A DNA stretch of 64,000 nucleotides from an uncultured virus (IMG/VR IMGVR_UViG_3300043438_001628). Lineage: Duplodnaviria; Heunggongvirae; Uroviricota; Caudoviricetes. A program made the position numbers and the translations under genes. A model generated the notes under the pieces. It was not told where the DNA came from. It made no database searches and saw only the letters and a program-made list of their open reading frames with translations. Of this stretch, positions 37,582-47,082 are shown piece after piece. Position 1 is the first letter of the stretch, and the number at the start of each line of letters is the position of its first letter. The stretch lies in the IMG/VR virus record IMGVR_UViG_3300043438_001628; one strand, given 5' to 3'.

Positions 37582-38115
37582 TCAGCGTTCATTTGAATTA
37601 AAAATAACTTCCACAAGCGATTCATCAAAATTTTCACCAATAGATAGTACAATACCTTCAAATACATAACAGCAGCGTTCTCCAATATCACTTTTCATAA
37701 CTGAATGAATGTCCCTAGCTTTCACAATAGTCTTCTTGGTGAGACAGTGATGGCGAGATCCACATTGCCAACGATCTTCCCAAATGCAGGTGAAATATTT
37801 AGAAGTTTTCTGAATGAATTCATCTTCAGAGAGTTCCAAGCCGTTTAACCACCAAGATTTAGTGCCACTAGCATACTCAACAGCAGGTCCATCTTCACGA
37901 TGACGAACACCATTCAACCACCAAGATTTATAACCATCAGCACATTCAATGGCAGGTCCATCTTCACGATGACGCACATCATTCAACCACCAAGCTTTAT
38001 GACCATCTTGCCCTTCAACAGCAGGACCATCTTCACGATGAAAGATTGTCATCTCTTTGTCTTTATAGTAAAACTTATTACCATCTTCGCTGATTTTAAT
38101 GTATTGTGGAGTCAT
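37582..38115 (-). CDS. HREDGPA-repeat protein C (3 repeats, unrelated C-terminus)
   Basis: Family N-terminus and repeats; tail replaced after FIQKTSK. Confidence 0.8.
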   Translation of the reverse strand: MTPQYIKISEDGNKFYYKDKEMTIFHREDGPAVEGQDGHKAWWLNDVRHREDGPAIECADGYKSWWLNGVRHREDGPAVEYASGTKSWWLNGLELSEDEFIQKTSKYFTCIWEDRWQCGSRHHCLTKKTIVKARDIHSVMKSDIGERCCYVFEGIVLSIGENFDESLVEVIFNSNER

Positions 38116-38302
38116 GTGCTTATTGTAGCTTAACGTTTTATTATTTTTATCGGTGGTCCTTTTTCAATTCCAGCAGATCTAACACCCATCGCAGTCGGAA
38201 TTGTCAATTCCAACGATCACTGATGTATTGCAGATTGTCAAGAATGCTTTCATCGCTGTCATACGATAGCGAATGTAGTGATTCCATTTCATACTAAAAA
38301 TG

Positions 38303-38683
38303 TTAAACCGTGATGTTGAAGAAAAGATTTGCCTTCTTTTTTCCCATATCTGATAGTCCTGTCTCATTCCAGTTGCTTTCATTATCGTGGAGGGTTTGCA
38401 AATAATCCCAAAAGATAACACGGCATCCTTTATATCGGTCTTGAAAGATATGGTCAATGTTTCCGTGATCATCTTCGAAAAAACCAACGGTTACTTGGGA
38501 GATATCTTTACGAGCTAGTGTCTCTTCGTTCATACAACGACCGACAGCGCACTTGTGTCCTGATTCGCTCAGGTATTCACAACTGTCACTTTCTTTGTCA
38601 TAACCTCGATTAGAGAGATTGTAGAAGCTGATGGTTTCAAAGAGAATTTCTTTTTCTTTTTCGGTGAGAGTAAGAGTAATCAT
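38303..38683 (-). CDS. CAVGRC-family protein, copy 2
   Basis: Tandem paralog. Confidence 0.8.
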   Translation of the reverse strand: MITLTLTEKEKEILFETISFYNLSNRGYDKESDSCEYLSESGHKCAVGRCMNEETLARKDISQVTVGFFEDDHGNIDHIFQDRYKGCRVIFWDYLQTLHDNESNWNETGLSDMGKKKANLFFNITV

Positions 38684-38697
38684 TTGATTTGTTTTGT

Positions 38698-39081
38698 TTA
38701 TAGAGTAACTCCGAAGTAATTCTTCACATTTTCTTTACCGTAATCATTAATCCCAGATGCATCCCAGCATGCGGAAATATCGTGGAGTGATTGAAGCCTT
38801 TTCCAGAAATTAAGGGAAGCGCCTTGATACTTTTCTTGAAGAAGGGAATTAATATTGACCTTGTAATTGATAACAATAACATCAGACGCTCCATCAACAG
38901 GAAATTTTTTGGCAAATTTAATACCTTCGTCCGTCATACAACGACCAACAGCACAACGGTTGCCATCCAATCCTTCGTAAACACAGTGACCAGACAATTT
39001 ATCATAACCACGGTTTTCTGAGTTATAGAAGCTGATGGTTTCCAGTAGGATTTCTTCTTCTTTTTCGGTGAGAGTAATCAT
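38698..39081 (-). CDS. CAVGRC-family protein, copy 3
   Basis: Tandem paralog. Confidence 0.8.
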   Translation of the reverse strand: MITLTEKEEEILLETISFYNSENRGYDKLSGHCVYEGLDGNRCAVGRCMTDEGIKFAKKFPVDGASDVIVINYKVNINSLLQEKYQGASLNFWKRLQSLHDISACWDASGINDYGKENVKNYFGVTL

Positions 39082-39095
39082 TTGATTTAATTATT

Positions 39096-39479
39096 TTATA
39101 GAGTAATTCCAAAATTATTCTTTACCATGTTCTTACCGTAATTAGTAATCCCATATTTATCCCAGCATGTAGAAATATCATGTAGTAATTGAAGCTCTTT
39201 CCAGAACTCAAGCGAAGCACCTTGATACTTTTCTTGAAGAAGAGAATCAATATTGACCTCCTTATTAATGACATCAACACTAGTTTCTCCATCATCTGGA
39301 AATGCGTTGGCAAATTTAATACCTTCGTCCGTCATACAACGACCGACAGCACAACGCTTATGATCTTGTGTTTTATAAACACAGTTGCCAGAGGCTTTAT
39401 TATAACCACGGTTTTCTAAGTTATAGAAGTTGATGGTTTCAAAGAGAATTTCTTTTTCTTTTTCGGTGAGAGTAATCAT
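39096..39479 (-). CDS. CAVGRC-family protein, copy 4
   Basis: Start MITLTEK from paralogs; the longer ORF overlaps a tRNA. Confidence 0.8.
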   Translation of the reverse strand: MITLTEKEKEILFETINFYNLENRGYNKASGNCVYKTQDHKRCAVGRCMTDEGIKFANAFPDDGETSVDVINKEVNIDSLLQEKYQGASLEFWKELQLLHDISTCWDKYGITNYGKNMVKNNFGITL

Positions 39480-39502
39480 TTGATTGTTTGTTGAATTAAA
39501 AG

Positions 39503-39593
39503 TACGGCAGGTGGGACTCGAACCCACAAAGAAGCTATCAACTCCATACCCGATTATGAGTCGGGGCCATTCACCAATTCTGGTCACTGCCGC
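39503..39593 (-). tRNA. tRNA(CAT) with long variable arm, Ile2 or Met, copy 1
   Basis: cccga-ctCATaa-tcggg; acceptor GCGGCAG/CTGCCGT. Confidence 0.85.
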
Positions 39594-39775
39594 TTTTGAA
39601 ATTTTTACTTGTGCTTAATTATAAGCTAGTTTTTTTGAAAGTCAATATCTGAATTTGAAAAATCATCTAGCCTATACTTGAACCGATAACTCTTGATTTG
39701 TGAAGGTATATTCCGATTTTAATTTAAATGTTTATATTTATTGAATTTCTAAACATTTAAGTTAAATAAGAATGT

Positions 39776-40336
39776 ATGGAAAGAAATATATTAGAAGAGA
39801 TGGTTGAACGGGGTTTATCAACTTATCAGATCTCCAAGGAGATTGGAAAGAGTCAAACATCTATCAGACATTGGTTGAGAAAGTATGGAATGAACACAAA
39901 GCATGTATCATTTAAGTATCATCATACTGAAAGTGAAGACTTTGTAAATGGACATGAGTGTAAATGTTGTAGCAAACCCTTAACTGGAAAAAAACATAGT
40001 TACTGTAGTGATAAGTGTAAAAGTTCATATTATTACACAACTCATAAATCCGAGGTAAATCCTAATTCAAATATACGACAAAGGCAAGTCTCCAAAGAGA
40101 GAAAACTTCGTCTAATTGAAATGAGCGGCGGGGCTTGTAATAAATGTGGATATAAAAAGAATTATGCAGCCTTGACATTTCACCATTTAGACCCAACTAA
40201 TAAAGTTTTCACTGTAGACTCTAGAAGATTAGCCAATACTAATTGGAATTCTATTTTAGAGGAATGGAAAAAATGTGAATTATTATGTGCAAATTGCCAC
40301 TCTGAACTACATAATCCTAATTGTGAATTATCTTAA
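39776..40336 (+). CDS. HNH homing endonuclease with N-terminal HTH
   Basis: GGACNKCGY...LTFHHLDP...KCELLCANCHSELH. Confidence 0.9.
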   Translation: MERNILEEMVERGLSTYQISKEIGKSQTSIRHWLRKYGMNTKHVSFKYHHTESEDFVNGHECKCCSKPLTGKKHSYCSDKCKSSYYYTTHKSEVNPNSNIRQRQVSKERKLRLIEMSGGACNKCGYKKNYAALTFHHLDPTNKVFTVDSRRLANTNWNSILEEWKKCELLCANCHSELHNPNCELS

Positions 40337-40338
40337 AG

Positions 40339-40429
40339 TAGGAGAAGTGGGACTCGAACCCACAAAGAAGCTATCAACTCCATACCCGATTATGAGTCGG
40401 GGCCATTCACCAATTCTGGTCATTCTCCC
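40339..40429 (-). tRNA. tRNA(CAT) with long variable arm, Ile2 or Met, copy 2
   Basis: Same 76-nt core as copy 1; acceptor GGGAGAA/TTCTCCT. Confidence 0.85.
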
Positions 40430-40435
40430 TTTATA

Positions 40436-40472
40436 AAATCACACGCTCTAGAACCAACTGAGCTAACGAGGG
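40436..40472 (-). pseudogene. 5' half of a tRNA truncated at the anticodon loop
   Basis: ccctcgt-ta-gctc-agttggttcta-gagc-g-tgtga, no 3' half. Confidence 0.7.
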
Positions 40473-40486
40473 ATTATACAATCATT

Positions 40487-40672
40487 TTAATACAAATAAC
40501 CAGAATTGCAACCATCTTTTTGAACAAAAGATCCTGAACTCTTAACCACTGCATTCGCACGAATGCCAAGGCTTCGATTCACTACGGTTTTCGTCTTGGA
40601 TGGCTTTTTAAATACCTCATCACGCCATGATGATTGAAGCTTTCGTTGCGGTGCTTTGAATTTCTCTTGCAT
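40487..40672 (-). CDS. Hypothetical protein
   Basis: 61 aa; box promoter upstream. Confidence 0.6.
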   Translation of the reverse strand: MQEKFKAPQRKLQSSWRDEVFKKPSKTKTVVNRSLGIRANAVVKSSGSFVQKDGCNSGYLY

Positions 40673-40838
40673 GTGTGTAGTTTAGCTTAACGTTTTATTA
40701 GTAACCGAGCACTTTCAATGCCCAAATGATCATCACGCCTCCCAAAATAGAGGACACCCAATCGCGTTCATACATTGAATGGACCCAGCCAACAACATAG
40801 AAAAACAGCGTGGATTTGACATAGATATCAACCATTTT

Positions 40839-41348
40839 TTAATCCAGATCAGATTCTTCTTCTTCTTCTTCATCAAGATCATCGTTGATGATGTCGCTCA
40901 AATCGTCGTAATCAGAATCGACATAACCGAAATGTTCTTCGGCGAACTTGATCAGTTCTTCATCACAATACTCTTCATCGTTGTCAACGATTCCATCGAA
41001 AGCTTCTACAATACCTCCAAACATGTTACCACCTTCAAAGTATCGAAGCGTGAATTTCATAGTTGGGAACATATTAACAAGCTCGTAGATAATTGGAATC
41101 GGAGGATTCCAAGGAGTTTCAAACTCCATTTCATTTTGATCATTGAACACAGGAACATCCCCATCTGTCCAGACATCCCACTTAGTACCCCAATTATCAA
41201 CTCGCCATGTATATCCAGCCATTGTATCTGGATCTAGATCAGAGGGATGCGGAATGATTTTTTCAAAGGAGAAACCATCCTTGAAAAGATTGATAAACTC
41301 TTCAGTTGGATTTTCGACGGTGAGACGATTTTGAGCCCAGTTTGGCAT
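40839..41348 (-). CDS. DUF1281/YubB ferredoxin-like protein
   Basis: MPNW..N; NWGTKWD; FETPWNPP. Confidence 0.8.
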   Translation of the reverse strand: MPNWAQNRLTVENPTEEFINLFKDGFSFEKIIPHPSDLDPDTMAGYTWRVDNWGTKWDVWTDGDVPVFNDQNEMEFETPWNPPIPIIYELVNMFPTMKFTLRYFEGGNMFGGIVEAFDGIVDNDEEYCDEELIKFAEEHFGYVDSDYDDLSDIINDDLDEEEEEESDLD

Positions 41349-41367
41349 AATATTAGTGTGTTATTGA

Positions 41368-41598
41368 TTAGCGGTTTTTGTAATACGATTTCAGCGGATG
41401 TTCTTCAGAAGCAGCGAATGATGGACGCTTGCGATGCCATCCTCGAATCTGCTCGCCTTGGTAGTTATAAAAATGTGAAAGATTTCCATCACTACTTTCG
41501 TTGATGCAGTTCATAAGCATACTCGCATTGGTGATGCGGGCTTTGTATTGATCCTTGAATTTCCAGCGGTAGTATGCTTTCCAAAGCAGCGTTTTCAT
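41368..41598 (-). CDS. Hypothetical protein
   Basis: Start MKTLLW from promoter spacing. Confidence 0.6.
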   Translation of the reverse strand: MKTLLWKAYYRWKFKDQYKARITNASMLMNCINESSDGNLSHFYNYQGEQIRGWHRKRPSFAASEEHPLKSYYKNR

Positions 41599-41623
41599 GT
41601 GCGGAGTGTAGCTTAACGTTTTA

Positions 41624-41986
41624 TTAGTCGAAGTCGAAACCGTAGAGCACAAAATTCGTACCCACTTTAATTTCTCGAAACCCCCCGCGATATTGGTACT
41701 CAACATCGGTGCCGTAAAGATAATCAAAATGCTCTCGATTCTCTGAGATTGAGATGATACTACCGGATTCATAAGATCCAATATCAGCGTCCATCTTCTC
41801 AACACACGCTTGATAATCTGGATGCCCACTCGTCTTGCTCTTTAGTTCTTCAGCAAGAAACGAAGCGCGAGCGTTTTGTTGCTCGAACATGTGTTGGAAC
41901 TCTTCAGGATATTCACCGTGGTTTTCCTTGTAATTAACCACCCAATTAGGATATTCAATAATCAACATTTCAGTTTGTTTTTTCAA
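41624..41986 (-). CDS. Hypothetical protein
   Basis: 120-aa ORF. Confidence 0.6.
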   Translation of the reverse strand: MKKQTEMLIIEYPNWVVNYKENHGEYPEEFQHMFEQQNARASFLAEELKSKTSGHPDYQACVEKMDADIGSYESGSIISISENREHFDYLYGTDVEYQYRGGFREIKVGTNFVLYGFDFD

Positions 41987-42096
41987 TGATCAGTTTAACT
42001 TTCCTTCAGTCAGGCGTTGTCGCCTTCGATGCAGCTATCTTACTCTAACGTTTTATTATGTTCCCCTGATGTGGGGTTATCAATTTTCCAAGCTTG

Positions 42097-42495
42097 TTAT
42101 TTCTTCACAAATTTGACACCATCGTAGAACCAAATATTCTTGTAATTCAATTGATCAAGAACTCTTTGGCAATTCACACAAGGACAACTCCTAGCAAGTT
42201 TGTCATTGTTGTCGATGCGCATATTCACAAATGTGATACCACCACAGTCTTCCAATCCAAGCTTGATGATTGCACTTACTTCGGAATGGATACCAGCGAT
42301 GTAATTATCACCTCCTTTGGTGCTTTTATAAACACCAAACTTATGCGATGGATGACTCTTTGTGTAGTTGTTAATTCCAATAGCTAATAGTTTACTTCCT
42401 TTAAATGCAAATGTGGTGTGAAAACATTTACCAGTTTGCTTTGAATGTTTCAAAGCTCTTGTAATCTCCTCAAGCTTGGAAAAATTGATAGCCAC
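42097..42495 (-). CDS. Cytidine-deaminase-fold protein
   Basis: IHSE...SCPCVNC zinc motif. Confidence 0.8.
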   Translation of the reverse strand: MAINFSKLEEITRALKHSKQTGKCFHTTFAFKGSKLLAIGINNYTKSHPSHKFGVYKSTKGGDNYIAGIHSEVSAIIKLGLEDCGGITFVNMRIDNNDKLARSCPCVNCQRVLDQLNYKNIWFYDGVKFVKK

Positions 42496-42501
42496 TTGTT
42501 T

Positions 42502-42741
42502 TTACTTTGCAACAGCACTCTTGATGCCCGCCATGGTTTTTCGATACTTGCCAAGAATCGAATAAACAGCGTCTTGATTGCTTGCGATGATGCTTGCTAC
42601 ATCGGTGCTGCTGAGATTACCAGACCTGCCTGAAGTGTGGAGAAAGCCACGGATGTTGAGCATCAGTTCGTGGTTCTCGGCTTCGGTTCGTTCGTTGAAC
42701 AGGCGACCATCTTTGGTTTGGTATGATTTGACTTGCTTCAT
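42502..42741 (-). CDS. Hypothetical protein
   Basis: YQTKDGRLF motif; box promoter upstream. Confidence 0.65.
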   Translation of the reverse strand: MKQVKSYQTKDGRLFNERTEAENHELMLNIRGFLHTSGRSGNLSSTDVASIIASNQDAVYSILGKYRKTMAGIKSAVAK

Positions 42742-42750
42742 GTGTGTAGT

Positions 42751-43389
42751 TTACTTTAACGTTTTATTATAGAATTTCTTATATACAATCTTTTCGAGTC
42801 CGAAATTATCAAGCATGGGGAGAATTTGATTACGAATGTGATTGCGCCTAAACCGGTTATCAGCATTTGATGGGTCTTCCACAACATATTTCATCAACCC
42901 ATTGTGCTCAGCATATCGCTGAATGTTAATCTTGGGTGTGGTTAAAAATGGCCGGATCATTTTGAAAGGAACTCCATCCAACGGTGTGATCTCTTGAATT
43001 GGTTTATACTCAGGGCAACCTTTCAGGGCATTCATCAAGTAGGACTCTACTGCATCATTCAAGTGATGGCAGAGGACAATATCACTCTGCAATGTTTTAA
43101 ATGCACCTAAACGAAAATCACGAAGTCGTGCTTCAACATTACTCGTAATCAAATCCTCTCCGTGTCTGATAATTTTAACGAGAGGAATATTGTGATCTTC
43201 ACAGAAAGCTGTTACAGATTCCATCATGTCTTTATTAATGGGTTGATACCCATGATTGACATGACATGCTGATACCTTGTTCTTATAGATTCTGTGAAGT
43301 AAGTGGAGGCATGCGATAGAATCAACGCCTCCACTTACTCCAACACAAAACCCATCAACAGGAATCAGTGAAGATTCAATATTGATCAT
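42751..43389 (-). CDS. tilS: tRNA(Ile)-lysidine synthetase, catalytic domain only
   Basis: VSGGVDS, HVNHG, HHLND..E, IRPFL, EDPSN, RNHIR. Confidence 0.9.
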   Translation of the reverse strand: MINIESSLIPVDGFCVGVSGGVDSIACLHLLHRIYKNKVSACHVNHGYQPINKDMMESVTAFCEDHNIPLVKIIRHGEDLITSNVEARLRDFRLGAFKTLQSDIVLCHHLNDAVESYLMNALKGCPEYKPIQEITPLDGVPFKMIRPFLTTPKINIQRYAEHNGLMKYVVEDPSNADNRFRRNHIRNQILPMLDNFGLEKIVYKKFYNKTLK

Positions 43390-43392
43390 TTA

Positions 43393-43716
43393 TTATTCAG
43401 TGACTTCAAACTCAAATCGGATATGTTCCGCAGGAATATCCTTGAAGTATCGAACCGCTCGACCTTCTAGACTCTTGTACCTATCCATAATAGCTCGTAC
43501 AGTTGCTGGACTCTCAGGAAGAGAGTATCCATCCTTAGACAGTGCTCGACTAACTGCGATATTAACTCCCCGAGCCTTATCATATTTGTCTGCTTTGTTG
43601 CAGATGGAGAATCCATAAAACACTTGATTGCTATCGGTATCCTTAACCGCAACAGCGACGCCGTATGGATTGTTCTTCTTGTCTCGAATGTATTCTTTAA
43701 TCAATGTTTGCTTCAT
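43393..43716 (-). CDS. Hypothetical protein
   Basis: 107 aa; box promoter upstream. Confidence 0.7.
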   Translation of the reverse strand: MKQTLIKEYIRDKKNNPYGVAVAVKDTDSNQVFYGFSICNKADKYDKARGVNIAVSRALSKDGYSLPESPATVRAIMDRYKSLEGRAVRYFKDIPAEHIRFEFEVTE

Positions 43717-43789
43717 GTGTCTATTCTAGTCTAACGTTTTATTAAAAGAAGGGGGAGTGGTGGTATTATCACCACTCCCCATCGGATCA

Positions 43790-44797
43790 TCAAATACCGT
43801 AATCCAGATCAATGATGATCACGCCATTATGATCAAACCAAGAGCAGTTTAGATCTTGAAGAGCGTCTAGCACCTTTTCCTTGGAAGGATATTCAGGTGA
43901 GAAGCTATTCTGAATCTGTCGAAGGGTTACTTGATATGCGCCAGAATCAACCTTGTTGTCCAGATAACGAGCGACACGCTCAACAAACTCATCGCGAATA
44001 TTGGATTGTTCCTCCGCAATACCTACACCATCATTTGATGTGATAGGAGATTGAATCTCAGCTTCATATTCAGAAACGACTTCATATGCACTGACACGGC
44101 ATTTCTGGCAACTGTAATCAGTTGGAACACTGACAACATCCTTTGGATTGACCTTAACAACGACAAGCTTTTGACCAAAAGATTGTGCATATGCAAGAGA
44201 ACCAACATGAAGACCAAAGGAACAATGATTTTCACGATTGTCGTCAACATCGCGACGCTTCACAGAGATGCGATCTCCGACAGTGTTCTTGATGCGTCCA
44301 GAACCATCGACAACGCCTTCGACGACGATGGTGCGGGTGTTGCCGTGGATGCTCCAACCATCGGCTGTGATGCCCTTGTAGGCTAGGAAACAGCCATCTT
44401 CAGTGATCGGAAGTTCCTTGTATTCGAGGAATTCCATAAGCTCATCAACAGAACTAGCTGATGGGTTTTCACTTAGATTTTCCCAAAACTTTTCAAATGC
44501 ATCAAGTGGTAGATTTTCTCGAACAATGCTGCGCACCTTTTCAGATAGAGCTGGAGGAAGTTGTTCACCCTTATACCAAACATTATCTTCGATGATTTCA
44601 AATCCATCTTGACCATGTAGAGCAGCTACCTTTTCAGATACGCTTGCGATGATTTTAAGAACGGCTTCTTCTTGAAGAGACTTATCAAGAGAGAAACATT
44701 CGATGACCTTTGAATACCTCGGATCAGTCTTTTCAATCTTAACAGGCTTGTTTGCTACAAACAGTACGATACCGGCGTGGTTGATGATGTATGTCAT
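43790..44797 (-). CDS. rIIB: RIIB-like protein
   Basis: LPITEDGCFLAYK, CSFGLH, VNPKDVVSVP.DY; downstream of rIIA. Confidence 0.85.
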   Translation of the reverse strand: MTYIINHAGIVLFVANKPVKIEKTDPRYSKVIECFSLDKSLQEEAVLKIIASVSEKVAALHGQDGFEIIEDNVWYKGEQLPPALSEKVRSIVRENLPLDAFEKFWENLSENPSASSVDELMEFLEYKELPITEDGCFLAYKGITADGWSIHGNTRTIVVEGVVDGSGRIKNTVGDRISVKRRDVDDNRENHCSFGLHVGSLAYAQSFGQKLVVVKVNPKDVVSVPTDYSCQKCRVSAYEVVSEYEAEIQSPITSNDGVGIAEEQSNIRDEFVERVARYLDNKVDSGAYQVTLRQIQNSFSPEYPSKEKVLDALQDLNCSWFDHNGVIIIDLDYGI

Positions 44798-44973
44798 ATG
44801 TGTATTAGTTTATCAGTGTTTACTTGGTTGTCAATTGGTGATTTGATTTTACTCTAACGTTTTATTGATGGATGATTGATTCTTTTTGGATTTTTTGGAA
44901 TGATGTGGTTCGTTGCATGTGTTCAGTTTAGTCTAACGTTTTATTACTAAACAGCACGAAAGTCGCCAGTAGT

Positions 44974-45141
44974 TTACTGTTCATCATCAAATGTAAACAT
45001 ATCTGTTTCTTTGATTTTATAATTGTTAATCTTTACAGCACCCTGTTTAATATCTTGTCTAATTTTAGATTTAGAATAATCGATATTCCAAACATGTTTC
45101 CACACCCACTGAATAAAATCTATCGCTTTATATACTTTCAT
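44974..45141 (-). CDS. 55-aa stand-alone S4-like RNA-binding protein (not in the ORF track)
   Basis: SKSKIRQDIKQGAVKINN. Confidence 0.6.
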   Translation of the reverse strand: MKVYKAIDFIQWVWKHVWNIDYSKSKIRQDIKQGAVKINNYKIKETDMFTFDDEQ

Positions 45142-45157
45142 TATAAATATGATTTAT

Positions 45158-47032
45158 TTATTCAGTAAGCTTGAGAAGTTTGCGGAAATCGCTTCGATCA
45201 ATGTTCACAGTGTAAGATGCGGTGTTCAGCAGTTTGAACATTCTGGATCGAAATGTATCCTCCTTTAGAATAGCGTTGTAAATCGTGATGAATCGATTGA
45301 TCGACTTTGGATTATTGTAAAGACGACGAACAGCCTTTGCATTGATCGTGGTCTTGAAGTATTTACGAACATCGCATGATGCTTGAAACAGTCGTTGACG
45401 CTCTTGTTCAGCGGCAGCAATAGCCCGCTTTTTATCGAGATACTCCTGTGAATTTACATCAATCCATCCAAGATTGAGAAGTGCGGCATATGCAATTTTG
45501 CTCTGTGTAACTGTTCCATACCAGCCATTTTTAGTTTTGTATGATACAGTTCTACGATTCAGACTTTCCATGTCGTCAGCGTTCTTGAGCCAGTCTTTAA
45601 GCGGAACTCCTGTTCGTTTAGCAACTTCATCTTCAAGTTCTTGTGGTGTATAGCTACCAAGCAGTTTACCATTTCGGTAAATGCTGTAGCGAATTACACG
45701 ATTTGGATCTGGTTTTCCCCTAAATTCAGCAGGGATTCCAACTTTACGAATATCAATATATTCAATATCCGAAAAATCAACGGTGGTATTTTGATTGATC
45801 AGAGAAGTTTTAACATGCTCCTCGATATACATAAACGCAACATTGATATGCTTCGTAAGTCTAGCCAACCAACGACCGCGACTTTTTTGATTATGCGTAA
45901 CATAAACTTTAAGCTTACCGTTGTCGTCAAGGTTAATGCTCTGACCATAATACAATCCGTAAGAATTGAAGCAACGATGCAAACGAGACTGCTCTGGATA
46001 GCAAGAACTCGAATCGTAATTAAACCATCCAAGTGTGATCTTGCGATACATTGATCGAGTGGTTTGAGCAATTAGATACTCCCCCATCTTCATCTTGGGA
46101 ATAGTATTCATGTCAGCAGCGCGCATATCATCAATCGCTCTGTTAATGCCAGCAATGATCGTGTTGTTAGCTTGCGTGGTTTCTAGATATTCTCTAGAAA
46201 TTGGAATGGTAAGCTTGCCAATCGGAACATCGACAATGATATAACCAGAGATATTGTGAATCGAGAATGTTTTATACACAACACCGCCCATGCGAATAGC
46301 CACAGCGTCATTAATGATATGGGTATCTTCATCGTACAGATTGTAAGTGATGCCATCAATGATGCGTGTATCCTTAGCAGCAATCGGCGTGATTGCATCA
46401 TCATCGAAACGAAGGAATTTGATGATGTTTGGATTTCCAAACGACTTCACGAATTGCTTTGTAGTATCTCCGAAGGTATATGAGTCGTGCTGCTTGATAT
46501 TGAAAGAGATTTCAATACCGCTTTCAGTGGTTGGATTCTCGCTGATTTTATAAATCTCACCAACGGGAACTCCCTTGGAACCACCACCAAGAACACATGC
46601 GTACAGTGCGCAAGTGCCATTGTGATGAGACTTGATGTAGAATGTATCAGTGTAACAGTGCGCTGCTTTTGAACCAATACCAAACCCACCAATCATTGAA
46701 TTGGTATTTGATTTGGTGCTTTCAAAATACATACCGAAGATGTTGCGAATGCCGTGCTCATCAAGACCTTTCGCATAATCTCGAACACTCCAGACAATTT
46801 CATCATCCTGCTTCTTAATTTGAACAAGAACAGGATCTTCAATATTGTGCTTGATGTGTTCGTCCACAGCATTGCAGATATATTCACGCACACAGGCAAG
46901 AATCTTATTGCTGTAGATCTTATCTCGGAGGAAGTAACTAGCAATATCCATGCCTTTAGCACTCATGCCCATGGTGCTCTTTTCAAGCTCAGCGGATGCG
47001 ATTGCGGGAGATGTCAGGATTCCAGTTTTCAT
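45158..47032 (-). CDS. rIIA: RIIA-like protein (GHKL ATPase N-terminus)
   Basis: IYSNKI...REYICNAVD, VRDYAKGL, STK, GGFGIGSK. Confidence 0.85.
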   Translation of the reverse strand: MKTGILTSPAIASAELEKSTMGMSAKGMDIASYFLRDKIYSNKILACVREYICNAVDEHIKHNIEDPVLVQIKKQDDEIVWSVRDYAKGLDEHGIRNIFGMYFESTKSNTNSMIGGFGIGSKAAHCYTDTFYIKSHHNGTCALYACVLGGGSKGVPVGEIYKISENPTTESGIEISFNIKQHDSYTFGDTTKQFVKSFGNPNIIKFLRFDDDAITPIAAKDTRIIDGITYNLYDEDTHIINDAVAIRMGGVVYKTFSIHNISGYIIVDVPIGKLTIPISREYLETTQANNTIIAGINRAIDDMRAADMNTIPKMKMGEYLIAQTTRSMYRKITLGWFNYDSSSCYPEQSRLHRCFNSYGLYYGQSINLDDNGKLKVYVTHNQKSRGRWLARLTKHINVAFMYIEEHVKTSLINQNTTVDFSDIEYIDIRKVGIPAEFRGKPDPNRVIRYSIYRNGKLLGSYTPQELEDEVAKRTGVPLKDWLKNADDMESLNRRTVSYKTKNGWYGTVTQSKIAYAALLNLGWIDVNSQEYLDKKRAIAAAEQERQRLFQASCDVRKYFKTTINAKAVRRLYNNPKSINRFITIYNAILKEDTFRSRMFKLLNTASYTVNIDRSDFRKLLKLTE

Positions 47033-47082
47033 AGTTTGTTGCTTTCGATGTGCTCAGTGTAGCTTAACGTTTTATTGATGAA

